Virus record (IMG/VR): IMGVR_UViG_3300021368_000003 | Span: 1-64,000 of that record | Source of the DNA: a virus | Length of the DNA: 64,000 nucleotides | Strand: one strand, 5' to 3' | In this document: piece by piece, positions 1 through 8,291 of the stretch | Position numbering within the stretch: position 1 is the stretch's first letter | Layout: every line of letters begins with the position of its first letter | Translations under genes and position numbers: made by a program | The notes under the pieces: model-generated | Databases searched by the model: none | Told to the model about the DNA's origin: nothing | The model's input: only the letters and a program-made list of their open reading frames with translations

Positions 1-1
1 T

Positions 2-313
2 GTGACTACCTTTGGTGGTCTGACTGCTCCTGCATCAGCAACTGCTGCTGCAACTCAGATCCAAGGGTCGTATGACGTTACTACTAACGCTACGAGTTTC
101 TCGTTTAGTGAATCCTTTAACCAAGGAGACGCACACGCTAGTGCTCCTACCGTAGGTGCTGTCAGCAACTTCGGTATCCAGACCAGTACAGCGGCGGGAG
201 CAGCAGGTGATCTTGCTGGAACCATCAATACTGGTGGTGCTGTCGAGTTGACTGCTGGTGGAGCTGGTACTACGGCGACAGGTCAATTCGTGACCGAGAT
301 TACCGTACGGTAA
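2..313 (+). CDS. 3' part of hypothetical Gly/Ala/Thr-rich protein, probably secreted (truncated at window edge)
   Basis: Open frame from the window edge to TAA 311-313; small-residue beta-rich composition like the neighbouring 345-836 product. Confidence 0.75.
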   Translation: MTTFGGLTAPASATAAATQIQGSYDVTTNATSFSFSESFNQGDAHASAPTVGAVSNFGIQTSTAAGAAGDLAGTINTGGAVELTAGGAGTTATGQFVTEITVR

Positions 314-344
314 TTGCCTAGAAAACGATTCAAGGTAAATCTAG

Positions 345-836
345 ATGACTGGTGTACTTGGGAGTATACAGGACAGGACCCACCACCGTGGGACTGGCAA
401 ATATGTGATACCTGTGGCGGTACTAAGCGTACTGACGGGTATCCTGTCTACGTACTCCCCTGCGAATGCAGTGCCAGTGGTCCCGAACTTCACTCAGGGC
501 TCGATGACGAGCCACACTGAGACTACAAGTAAGATCACTGAGACAATCAACTCGATGGACTATAACACAGGATATCAATACTCGGCGACGGGTACTGGTG
601 TTACTGCAAATGGGAACCTGTCCCCAGGTACAGGAACAAACAATGTAACTATTGATGGCGTGACTTCAACATGGACAGGCATAACAAGCAAACCACAGTT
701 CACACAGACAACCCCAGGAGGGGCGTTTCAGTTCACAGAAACGTATCAGGGACCTGGTTTAAGCAACCACACAATTATAAACAGAACCACCGAGGTGACA
801 AGCGTCACCGACACTACAAGTATCTTCCAACAATAG
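345..836 (+). CDS. Hypothetical secreted Thr/Gly-rich protein with signal peptide
   Basis: KYVIPVAVLSVLTGILSTYSPANA|VP is a hydrophobic stretch with an AxA cleavage site; Thr-rich mature part. Confidence 0.8.
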   Translation: MTGVLGSIQDRTHHRGTGKYVIPVAVLSVLTGILSTYSPANAVPVVPNFTQGSMTSHTETTSKITETINSMDYNTGYQYSATGTGVTANGNLSPGTGTNNVTIDGVTSTWTGITSKPQFTQTTPGGAFQFTETYQGPGLSNHTIINRTTEVTSVTDTTSIFQQ

Positions 837-1675
837 CATGTCTTTTATTTGGCATGACCCCAGTACCTGTGAGAGCAGAAACTGTGGGTGGTGTCTCTGC
901 AACAGCAGCGCCCGTGGCGAACAGTTCGGGCTCAGTGACCAACCAAGCCATTCAGGTTTTGCAAGGTCCTTATATAACAAACACTTATGGGAATGGGATC
1001 CAGTGTCAAGGTCCTACGATGAACATAACCCCATACATAACTGGTGCAGCGAGTGCTCAGAAACCATACGAGGATTGGTATGACACACCTGTATATGATA
1101 TGCGTGACCTAGATGAAGATGGTGCGCCAGACAATCCTGGTGCCATATTATTCATGCAACCGACACGTACAGGACAGAAAGATAACTACAACTTGTCTAT
1201 TGGTGTCAGTGCAACATGGTCTAGACCATTAGATAAGAAGTTGCAAGACCAATGTAAGCAGGCAGCAGCAGCAAACATCGAAATGATGCAGCAACTAACT
1301 GCCAATAAGAGGCTCGACTTTGAGATCGCGAGATTAAAAAATTGCGGACAGTTAATGAAGGAGGGAATTCGCTTCGTTCCAGGTACAGAATATGCAAAGA
1401 TCTGTGCTGATGTGCAAGTAACAAACGTGACTGCATTAAAGCAACACGCTCATACTATTTCCGTCCCATCATCTTCCGAAAAGTCCTCAGGGCATGACTC
1501 CTCTGACGCTGCTCATCTCGGCGGTCCCTTACATTCAGGCGAGGGGGTTCCTTCCCAAGAATCTTCTTCTTCGCAGCAGCAATCCCCTTCTTCACAGCAG
1601 GTTTCACAATTTTCAGAAGAAGATCGGCAAGCGGTTTTGCGAGCAGTGCGGAAGTCGTTGCAACAGCAGCAATAG
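671..1675 (+). CDS. Hypothetical secreted/outer-membrane protein (start uncertain)
   Basis: Signal-like YKYLPTIACLLFGMTPVPVRA|ET; amphipathic strand YNLSIGVSATWSRPL followed by a Cys-containing helical region; low-complexity tail overlaps the antisense gene. Confidence 0.75.
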   Translation: MDRHNKQTTVHTDNPRRGVSVHRNVSGTWFKQPHNYKQNHRGDKRHRHYKYLPTIACLLFGMTPVPVRAETVGGVSATAAPVANSSGSVTNQAIQVLQGPYITNTYGNGIQCQGPTMNITPYITGAASAQKPYEDWYDTPVYDMRDLDEDGAPDNPGAILFMQPTRTGQKDNYNLSIGVSATWSRPLDKKLQDQCKQAAAANIEMMQQLTANKRLDFEIARLKNCGQLMKEGIRFVPGTEYAKICADVQVTNVTALKQHAHTISVPSSSEKSSGHDSSDAAHLGGPLHSGEGVPSQESSSSQQQSPSSQQVSQFSEEDRQAVLRAVRKSLQQQQ

Positions 1676-2246
1676 CAGCGGTAGTAGCGACCACCTGAGG
1701 TGCTGGAAGGTACTGAGAAGTTAGTGGTATATCCTCATACAAGGTCACACAGACCTGTTCATTGTTAATAATACGGGTCTCATAACCAGAGACCCTTTCT
1801 TTTTGGTTTTGTGCTACATCACCTATCCTTGGTGCATTAGGACCAGGACATTCATACTTGTCCTTAGGAACAGTATTCTTAGGAACCTCAGGTGTCTCTA
1901 CATCAGGTGTTTCTGGTGGTCTAACCTTAGGAATAGGTGCTTCGTATTCAAACTTTAACTTATCTTTGTTGTAATCAATAGGGTTAAATGCGGGTATACC
2001 TGCATCACAGTAGGTAACCACACCCTTAGGATCGTCATCTGATAGCACACCACTCTTCTCCTTAGAGGAGTTCTGTTCGTGTGCCTCTACGCATCCAGGA
2101 ATGTTAATAATAGGAACACCCACCGTCGATGTGACAGGTGGGTACACAGGTATTGCAGTGGGAACCTGAGGTAACTGCTGCATTACATCGGGGATTTTAA
2201 TCTCACTGATCTGAGTCCCTGTAATTTTAATCTCAGGGATCGGCAT
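1455..2246 (-). CDS. Hypothetical Pro-rich protein with 4 Cys, C-terminal hydrophobic segment and basic tail
   Basis: 263-aa ORF starting 3 nt after the 2250-2489 stop; hydrophobic VVATTAAIAAVATTSALLA followed by a Lys/Arg-rich tail. Confidence 0.8.
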   Translation of the reverse strand: MPIPEIKITGTQISEIKIPDVMQQLPQVPTAIPVYPPVTSTVGVPIINIPGCVEAHEQNSSKEKSGVLSDDDPKGVVTYCDAGIPAFNPIDYNKDKLKFEYEAPIPKVRPPETPDVETPEVPKNTVPKDKYECPGPNAPRIGDVAQNQKERVSGYETRIINNEQVCVTLYEDIPLTSQYLPAPQVVATTAAIAAVATTSALLAKPLADLLLKIVKPAVKKGIAAAKKKILGKEPPRLNVRDRRDEQRQRSHALRTFRKMMGRK

Positions 2247-2249
2247 GAT

Positions 2250-2489
2250 TTAGAACGGCACAACAGGAAGAGGAACTGCTCCACCAGTCGCTTCTGGGAT
2301 CTCTGGGATGCCACCATCAAGCGCAAGAGGAAGTGCTTCCATCACGGCAGTAGTCACAAGACCTGCTGCTTTCTCTTTCAGACCTTCAACAATGCTATCT
2401 CTCTGTAAATAGAGCACAGTACCAGCACCAATGATGCTAGTAGTACCTACGAAAGAAATAACTGCGAGTGCGTTAATTACTTTTTGCAT
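2250..2489 (-). CDS. Small membrane protein (N-terminal TM)
   Basis: 79 aa, hydrophobic N-terminus, tightly packed in operon. Confidence 0.75.
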   Translation of the reverse strand: MQKVINALAVISFVGTTSIIGAGTVLYLQRDSIVEGLKEKAAGLVTTAVMEALPLALDGGIPEIPEATGGAVPLPVVPF

Positions 2490-2491
2490 GA

Positions 2492-2776
2492 TTACTTAGG
2501 AGGTTCGTCTTTTTTGCTGTTACCGTTATTAGATTTTGCCGTAGCAACCCCGAACGTAGCTAACGTCCCAGTAAAAACGCTGGCTATAAAAGTGGGATCG
2601 ATATTAGTCTTAGCGAGTCCAGGGACTTGCAAGTAATTGATCGTAAGAATTGCGGCAGACCACCCGAGGATAATCAAACGTACGAGAGTTGCTACTCCCT
2701 CATCATGCCATTCATACTGTTCTTTCTTTTTCACTTTTACGGGTTTGGTCTCCTCATTGTGAGGAGTCTCAGACAT
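2492..2776 (-). CDS. Small two-TM membrane protein
   Basis: Two hydrophobic segments with charged termini; directly downstream of a TAAATA late promoter. Confidence 0.75.
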   Translation of the reverse strand: MSETPHNEETKPVKVKKKEQYEWHDEGVATLVRLIILGWSAAILTINYLQVPGLAKTNIDPTFIASVFTGTLATFGVATAKSNNGNSKKDEPPK

Positions 2777-2797
2777 ATTTCTATTGGTTAGGCAACT

Positions 2798-4249
2798 CTA
2801 TTTAGACAAATGATCGTTTCCAATAAACAGATCATTGATACCCTTCTTAGAGAACAATTCCTTTGCTTCCCATTTCTTAGAAGCAATAGGTTTGCCACCC
2901 AAATTCAGTGATGTATTGAGCAAAACACTGTCACCTGTCAGTTCTTTATACCTCTGCATCAAACGTGCAAAGCAATCATCACCCTCTACTGTCTGAATGC
3001 GACAGGATCCATCTACATGGGTGACAGATGTGAGTTCTGTGTCCTTAACATCAACAGAGATGTTCATGTAAGGTGCATCACCATCAAAGTCAAAGAACTT
3101 GTTGCAATCTTCTTTGAGCACAGCAGCACCAAATGGTCTGAAATGCTCACGATGTTTGACTCTATTGTTGATATAGTCCTTTGCCCTACTGTTACGGGCA
3201 TTCATGAGGATAGAACGGTGTCCAAGGGCACGAGGACCAACCTCACCGCGTCCCTGATACCATGCAACGATGTGACCATCTGCTAGTGCTATCGCTGCCT
3301 GGTCAATAGTATGGTCATCAGGTTCTTCTACGCTCTCATCGTCCTGCCAGAAGGGGAATCCTTTTTTACTGAACGCCTCTTCATGGAAGTGTTGACGCAA
3401 GAACTCAACAGCACCCAGTGAAAGACCACAATCATTGGCATGAGGGGGTATCATGACCTTCTGACCAGTCCTATGGATCTTCCCATTGAACACACAGTTC
3501 TGTGCTACACCACCAGAGTAACCAACAGGTTCATCGCATGGGTATTCACTGCCAATATACTCGGCAAGTTTGTCACCAGTGACCTCATGTACTGTTCTCA
3601 ACCAGTTGATGTCAAAATCATTGTCCCATTTCCTATGCCATGAGTCATAGTTCCAGATCCCACGGATCTGACTGAGGGGATACATGTCAATTTTCTCATA
3701 ATAGGACTCGTCTAGCATCCCATAGGACTGTAATCCCATGACTTTACCTGCTAGATCGAGTCCCCAATCATCACCAGTCAAACCAAGTTTGCGACCCACT
3801 GCTGCCATGCAGACACCAATAGATCCAGACTTGTTTACATCGTGTGTATACTGCAATTTACCACCCACATAGAGAGAATGTGCGCGGTCGTTGTTACCAA
3901 ACCCATCGAAGACGAAGTTAGTGAATGGAATGTCACCAAGTGGCCAAAGACTCAGAACATGTGCCCAGTGATGATCAACAGCAAAGGTTCTACAAGGAAA
4001 ACCCATGTCCAATTCCCGATAGTTTTCGCCCTCAGCAAACTCTATCTGGTCAGTGATCATAGCAATGGCGTCGAGGTCATCGACTTTGACACCCCAACCA
4101 TTCAGGATGTCTTCCCATTGCCATGCGTTGTCAAATCCATGATGTTTAATACCGTACTTACGTTCGGTGGCACAATATCGTACTGTTTTTCCATTAGTGT
4201 AAGTGATATTGGAATCATGGTCGTCAAGACGTAATCCCAAGAATTTCAT
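2798..4249 (-). CDS. Carbamoyltransferase (NodU/CmcH family)
   Basis: HDSN, VDHHWAH, DGFG, AGKVMGL, SGGVAQNCVFN, DCGLSLGA, GRGEVGPRALGHRS, KHREHFRPF, HVDGSCRIQTV and LLNTSLN motifs. Confidence 0.93.
   Translation of the reverse strand: MKFLGLRLDDHDSNITYTNGKTVRYCATERKYGIKHHGFDNAWQWEDILNGWGVKVDDLDAIAMITDQIEFAEGENYRELDMGFPCRTFAVDHHWAHVLSLWPLGDIPFTNFVFDGFGNNDRAHSLYVGGKLQYTHDVNKSGSIGVCMAAVGRKLGLTGDDWGLDLAGKVMGLQSYGMLDESYYEKIDMYPLSQIRGIWNYDSWHRKWDNDFDINWLRTVHEVTGDKLAEYIGSEYPCDEPVGYSGGVAQNCVFNGKIHRTGQKVMIPPHANDCGLSLGAVEFLRQHFHEEAFSKKGFPFWQDDESVEEPDDHTIDQAAIALADGHIVAWYQGRGEVGPRALGHRSILMNARNSRAKDYINNRVKHREHFRPFGAAVLKEDCNKFFDFDGDAPYMNISVDVKDTELTSVTHVDGSCRIQTVEGDDCFARLMQRYKELTGDSVLLNTSLNLGGKPIASKKWEAKELFSKKGINDLFIGNDHLSK
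2799..2806 (-). promoter_or_regulatory. T4-like late promoter (TCTAAATA)
   Basis: TAAATA core ~22 nt upstream of the 2776 start; gp55 is encoded in the window. Confidence 0.55.
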
Positions 4250-4500
4250 TAACAGTCCTCACATTTGTCTTTGTTCTGTTTTTTGTTCCATTTCTTACGA
4301 ACTTTCTTCAATTCGTTCAGTTCGTACTTGATGTTTGAATAGGCGGTCTCTGCATCAAGTTTCTGTGCCATTTCCATAGCACAAATCATGCCAACTCTTG
4401 TTCCAAAGAGTTGGATCGCCTTATCATAACAATCCATTTGGTCATACATATCAGGTTTCGGAAGTAACTTTCTTCTTCCCGATGTTGTACTTAGATTCAA
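4249..4500 (-). CDS. Conserved cyanophage hypothetical protein (true start probably MYDQMD)
   Basis: Coupled between regA and the carbamoyltransferase; FGTRV..ICAME....D.E.AY..IK pattern. Confidence 0.7.
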   Translation of the reverse strand: MNLSTTSGRRKLLPKPDMYDQMDCYDKAIQLFGTRVGMICAMEMAQKLDAETAYSNIKYELNELKKVRKKWNKKQNKDKCEDC

Positions 4501-4882
4501 GTGTCCACTCTGACTTATCTTTGTAAGACAGAACTTTAATTTGATTCAGCGGTGCAACATCAACGAGATCTTCTGCATGGAAGTCTACTAGACCCCAATC
4601 AAACAGAAGTTTTGCGATGCGATTACGACGTTCAACATCGTTCTTTGTAATGTTAGCAGGTTTGCCATCAAGGGCAAACAATTCTTTGAAGTGTACAATA
4701 TAATACTTGCCTTTTTTATGAAGAATATGGCAAGACTGGTACAGTTTACGATCCTTTCTAGAAGCAACACCAATTCGGGTTAGGGTCTCACGCACTTTCA
4801 GGAAGTCATCAGGTTCCTTCAATGCAACTTCTAACATCATATCCTGAGACCACGAGATCTCTTCACTCATTTTTTCCTCCAA
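4451..4882 (-). CDS. regA: Translational repressor RegA
   Basis: DDFLKVRETLTRIGVAS...LYQSCHILHKKGKYYIVHFKELF; follows gp62 as in T4. Confidence 0.97.
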   Translation of the reverse strand: MEEKMSEEISWSQDMMLEVALKEPDDFLKVRETLTRIGVASRKDRKLYQSCHILHKKGKYYIVHFKELFALDGKPANITKNDVERRNRIAKLLFDWGLVDFHAEDLVDVAPLNQIKVLSYKDKSEWTLESKYNIGKKKVTSET

Positions 4883-5261
4883 CTTTTAGTTTAGATTTGA
4901 TGACTTCAAGTTGACCCTTGTTTAGCAGTTTCAATGCATCTCGTGCTTTGTCAGTGCTATATCCGTAGAACTGTTTAACACGTTCTAGATCATTATCAGT
5001 CTGTTGTTTATCCCAAGGAGCAAATCTCTTGGATTTCCTGATACTATGTATATAGAATTGATATTGAAGGTCATTGTCAAGAGTGAAGAAGCGATTCATC
5101 TCATTGGCATACAACACAGTGTCAACGTGATGTGACATACACTTGTTAATGACGTATGCAGGATACTTCTTCATGGCATCAGCATCATCAGTGAAGTTAC
5201 CTGCCTTCAAATTGATATCGTTGAGGTAGTCTTTCAGTTGATAATCAAACTTTTTGTCCAT
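4863..5261 (-). CDS. gp62: Clamp loader small subunit gp62
   Basis: YPAYVINKCMS...ANEMN...LQYQFY...RKSKRF..W; immediately before regA. Confidence 0.92.
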   Translation of the reverse strand: MDKKFDYQLKDYLNDINLKAGNFTDDADAMKKYPAYVINKCMSHHVDTVLYANEMNRFFTLDNDLQYQFYIHSIRKSKRFAPWDKQQTDNDLERVKQFYGYSTDKARDALKLLNKGQLEVIKSKLKVGGKNE

Positions 5262-6093
5262 AGAGTGCTGATTCCAGGGTAGAAGGTGGGTTTACGTCGT
5301 AGTTGCTGATCAGAAGTTCTGACTTCTTGTTGTTCTCACGGTGCTGCATACCATATGTGATGGAGAAATAGCGTTGGTGATAGTCACCGAACATCTTTTC
5401 GATCTCTTCATCTACATTATAGGTCACCATCCAGTCATTTGGACACTTCTTGCACACTTCTGCGAAGCGATTGTGGTCAAAATCCTTGTGCATCTCAGCA
5501 TTAGTGCCATAGAGATAACTACCAATCTTGTATGGAGGATCAAGGAAGCAAAAAGTATTATCGTTATCAGGTTGCATGACCTCTTCGTAGTCCAGATTAG
5601 TGATTTCCCAGTGAGAAATAAGATCTTTGTAGTGCTTCAACTTAGAAGCACCACGAAGGGTAAAGTTCTGCTGTGATGCTGACTGAGAGAACGCAGAGTT
5701 CTCAGTCAACCCGCTGTAAGAACACTTATTAAGAACCCAAAATAGAACAGCTTGGCGAAAAGGATCGGCGGAGGAAATCTCTTCCTTACTCCTAATGAAT
5801 AACTCCTTAGCGGAGTCAGGAGTTGGGTGCTCTTGCTTAGTTGCATAACATACATCAGACAAATCATCCCCATGTTCTTGGAGTGTTACCCAAAAATTAT
5901 AGAGATAGTAATACTTATCATTTACCCAGACAGGAACGTCAGGGTGTTTTTGTGTGAAGAGGAGTGCCATAGAGGCACCACCTAGGAATGGTTCACGAAA
6001 CTCTTCGATACCAGCAGGGAACCAGTCATACAGCATCTTTGCTGCTCGTGACTTACCACCTGGGTATCGTAGTGGGGTCTTCAATAACTTCAT
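5245..6093 (-). CDS. dam: DNA adenine methyltransferase (Dam family)
   Basis: RYPGGKS, EPFLGGAS (SAM-binding motif I), FLDPPY catalytic motif. Confidence 0.93.
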   Translation of the reverse strand: MKLLKTPLRYPGGKSRAAKMLYDWFPAGIEEFREPFLGGASMALLFTQKHPDVPVWVNDKYYYLYNFWVTLQEHGDDLSDVCYATKQEHPTPDSAKELFIRSKEEISSADPFRQAVLFWVLNKCSYSGLTENSAFSQSASQQNFTLRGASKLKHYKDLISHWEITNLDYEEVMQPDNDNTFCFLDPPYKIGSYLYGTNAEMHKDFDHNRFAEVCKKCPNDWMVTYNVDEEIEKMFGDYHQRYFSITYGMQHRENNKKSELLISNYDVNPPSTLESALYGQKV

Positions 6094-6713
6094 AATACAT
6101 TGATTCTTGCCATAGGTACACCTTGTGGTCCAGCATTGACTGCACCATGTGGTAGTGCGTTGAAAGACATCGTAAATCGATCATCTTCTCTCGCCTGAGG
6201 TTCACTGAAATGTCTCAACCATCCAGGGAAGATAAGAAGTTTACCAGGTTCTGCCTCAAACTTTTCATAGGGTCCGTCGAAGTGATCCCTAATGATCTCC
6301 AAGGTATCAAGATTACGGATATCAACAGGGTCTTGAAAGACAGTCCTACTTCCTTCGGTGAAGTAGTATACACCAGAGAGATAAGAATAAGGATGACGAT
6401 GAAGAGGATGACCAGCGCCTGACTTACCAGGTGCCCAGTTCGCCCAAGAAAGAGAGATTTTAAGTTCTTCAACTTGCAATGCAAGATCACAACGCATGTA
6501 TTCCAGACAGTCATGGAAGAATCCAATCAGCGGGAGCATCGGTTCCTCTTTATGTATGTCTCCACGACTGGTTCTAACACCAGCAGGGTAGTTGTACATA
6601 GACATCTCCAAGGTCTTGATGAAATCAAGTGCTTGATCTGACATCCACATGTCTTCTTCGTCGAGATTAAACTCGTATATATCAGTCGGGAATAACCCGT
6701 GCTTCTTCATCAT
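6090..6713 (-). CDS. 2OG-Fe(II) oxygenase (phage type)
   Basis: LFPT N-terminus, HxHxH..SYLSGVYY, GKLLIFPGWLRH, R..MSFN. Confidence 0.85.
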   Translation of the reverse strand: MMKKHGLFPTDIYEFNLDEEDMWMSDQALDFIKTLEMSMYNYPAGVRTSRGDIHKEEPMLPLIGFFHDCLEYMRCDLALQVEELKISLSWANWAPGKSGAGHPLHRHPYSYLSGVYYFTEGSRTVFQDPVDIRNLDTLEIIRDHFDGPYEKFEAEPGKLLIFPGWLRHFSEPQAREDDRFTMSFNALPHGAVNAGPQGVPMARINVL

Positions 6714-7657
6714 TGGAATTCACATCGAATCATCATTTCGGTCAGGAATGCAAGAAGATTGATCTCTTGATCCATGACAAAGTTAGACTTGTACTGATAC
6801 TCTGCAATGATCAAGACTGCCTCAGGGATAGTCTTAGGTGTCAGGTGTGTATACAGCGAGTCGTAGATCTTTCTCATGATCAGTTGTGGTTCGTTGTCTA
6901 GATTAGCAACGACCCACTTCTTCACTTGCGTGAATTCCCTCCCTTTGAGGTATTTAACCAAGTCATCAATAGCAACGTCGCCAGTATTACCGAGAATCCC
7001 AACATCGATCTTCCCCTTAGAAGCATACTTCTGTAATTCATTTAGGGTGCGACGGAAGTCAGGGAAATGTTTCTGTACAACTTCTGCAACAACTTTCATT
7101 TCAAAGTCGATGCCTTCGGTTGCAAGAATCTTGTGTACTCGCTTGAAGAATGTTGTTGCTAGTTGCTGCTTTTCTCTGCCTTTGACGTGAAAATCTACAA
7201 CAGAACAGCGAGAGTGGATAGGTTCAATGATCCTGTTCTTGTAGTTACAGGTGAAGATAAACCTACAAACATTTTGAAACTCCTCAATGTTCGCTCGGAG
7301 GAGCATCTGAACATCAGGAGTAGTGTTATCTGCCTCATCGATGATAATTACCTTGTGCTTCGCCGTAGAGGCAAGAGACACAGTGCTAGCAAAAGACTTT
7401 GCCTGGTTCCTCACGGTGTCCAGGAAACGTCCTTCATCAGAACCGTTGATGACATAGTAGTCAGCATCAAGTTCTTTGCACAATGCTTTGGCAATAGTGG
7501 TCTTACCGATACCAGCAGGTCCTGCAAGGAGAAGATTAGGGATCTCACCCTGTTCTAGGAACCCCTTGAACATTTCCTTGGTGTTATCAGGAAGAATACA
7601 CTCATCAACAGTCTCGGGGCGATACTTTTCTACCCAAAGAAACTCATTCATAATCAA
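6710..7657 (-). CDS. gp44: Clamp loader large subunit gp44
   Basis: LWVEKYRP, Walker A GPAGIGKTT, Walker B IIIDEAD, SRC motif. Confidence 0.97.
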   Translation of the reverse strand: MIMNEFLWVEKYRPETVDECILPDNTKEMFKGFLEQGEIPNLLLAGPAGIGKTTIAKALCKELDADYYVINGSDEGRFLDTVRNQAKSFASTVSLASTAKHKVIIIDEADNTTPDVQMLLRANIEEFQNVCRFIFTCNYKNRIIEPIHSRCSVVDFHVKGREKQQLATTFFKRVHKILATEGIDFEMKVVAEVVQKHFPDFRRTLNELQKYASKGKIDVGILGNTGDVAIDDLVKYLKGREFTQVKKWVVANLDNEPQLIMRKIYDSLYTHLTPKTIPEAVLIIAEYQYKSNFVMDQEINLLAFLTEMMIRCEFQ

Positions 7658-7818
7658 TTAAAGTTGTGCAAATTGTGCCACACGGCACCGATATTCATGT
7701 GACCGTGGAAGTACCCTGCCACTATAACACAAAGTGTGCTGATAATGCAGAGACTGAACGGTATTAGACCCAATGCGGTCTTCGATCTGGGATTCTCAGG
7801 TAGTTGTCTCTCACCCAT
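7654..7818 (-). CDS. Small membrane protein, 54 aa (not in ORF track)
   Basis: Manual translation MGERQLPENPRSKTALGLIPFSLCIISTLCVIVAGYFHGHMNIGAVWHNLHNFN*; fills the gap between the denV-like gene and gp44. Confidence 0.6.
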   Translation of the reverse strand: MGERQLPENPRSKTALGLIPFSLCIISTLCVIVAGYFHGHMNIGAVWHNLHNFN

Positions 7819-8291
7819 GGTTTGCTAGCGATGTAGATCTTGTACGCATCAAAGGTAGAGATGCGTGTATCGTGCTTGTAGATGTCTGGCATAGCACGTA
7901 CAAAGGGTGTAGGACCCTTACCAGAGCGTCCTGTGGGGTCTGCGTTAGGAAGGATCTCCTTTGCACCTAGAAGGGTCTTGTGGCAGGTGTGGACCTTGCC
8001 GTAGCGTAGAGAATACTCCTCACATAGAGCAAAACCATGAGCAAGTAACCACTGCCAGTTGTTGACAAAAGAGTTTGCCCACACAGTGCAGGGGTGGTTG
8101 CGAAAGGCACCCTTCTCTGTGCTGTAAGGTTTACCATCAGCACGCAAAATGTCACCGAACCCATGACCCCACTTCTCGGATGCAACAATGGAAAGCATTT
8201 GACATGTCTCCAAGGGCATCTTTACGATGTGTTTGTCGGGGAGCACACGAGCGCACTCCCAAGGATCAGGACTGGTGACAAAGATGTTCAT
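7764..8291 (-). CDS. Pyrimidine-dimer DNA glycosylase/endonuclease V family protein
   Basis: MNIF...DKHIVKMPLETCQML...NHPCTVW...EYSLRYGKVH. Confidence 0.8.
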   Translation of the reverse strand: MNIFVTSPDPWECARVLPDKHIVKMPLETCQMLSIVASEKWGHGFGDILRADGKPYSTEKGAFRNHPCTVWANSFVNNWQWLLAHGFALCEEYSLRYGKVHTCHKTLLGAKEILPNADPTGRSGKGPTPFVRAMPDIYKHDTRISTFDAYKIYIASKPWVRDNYLRIPDRRPHWV

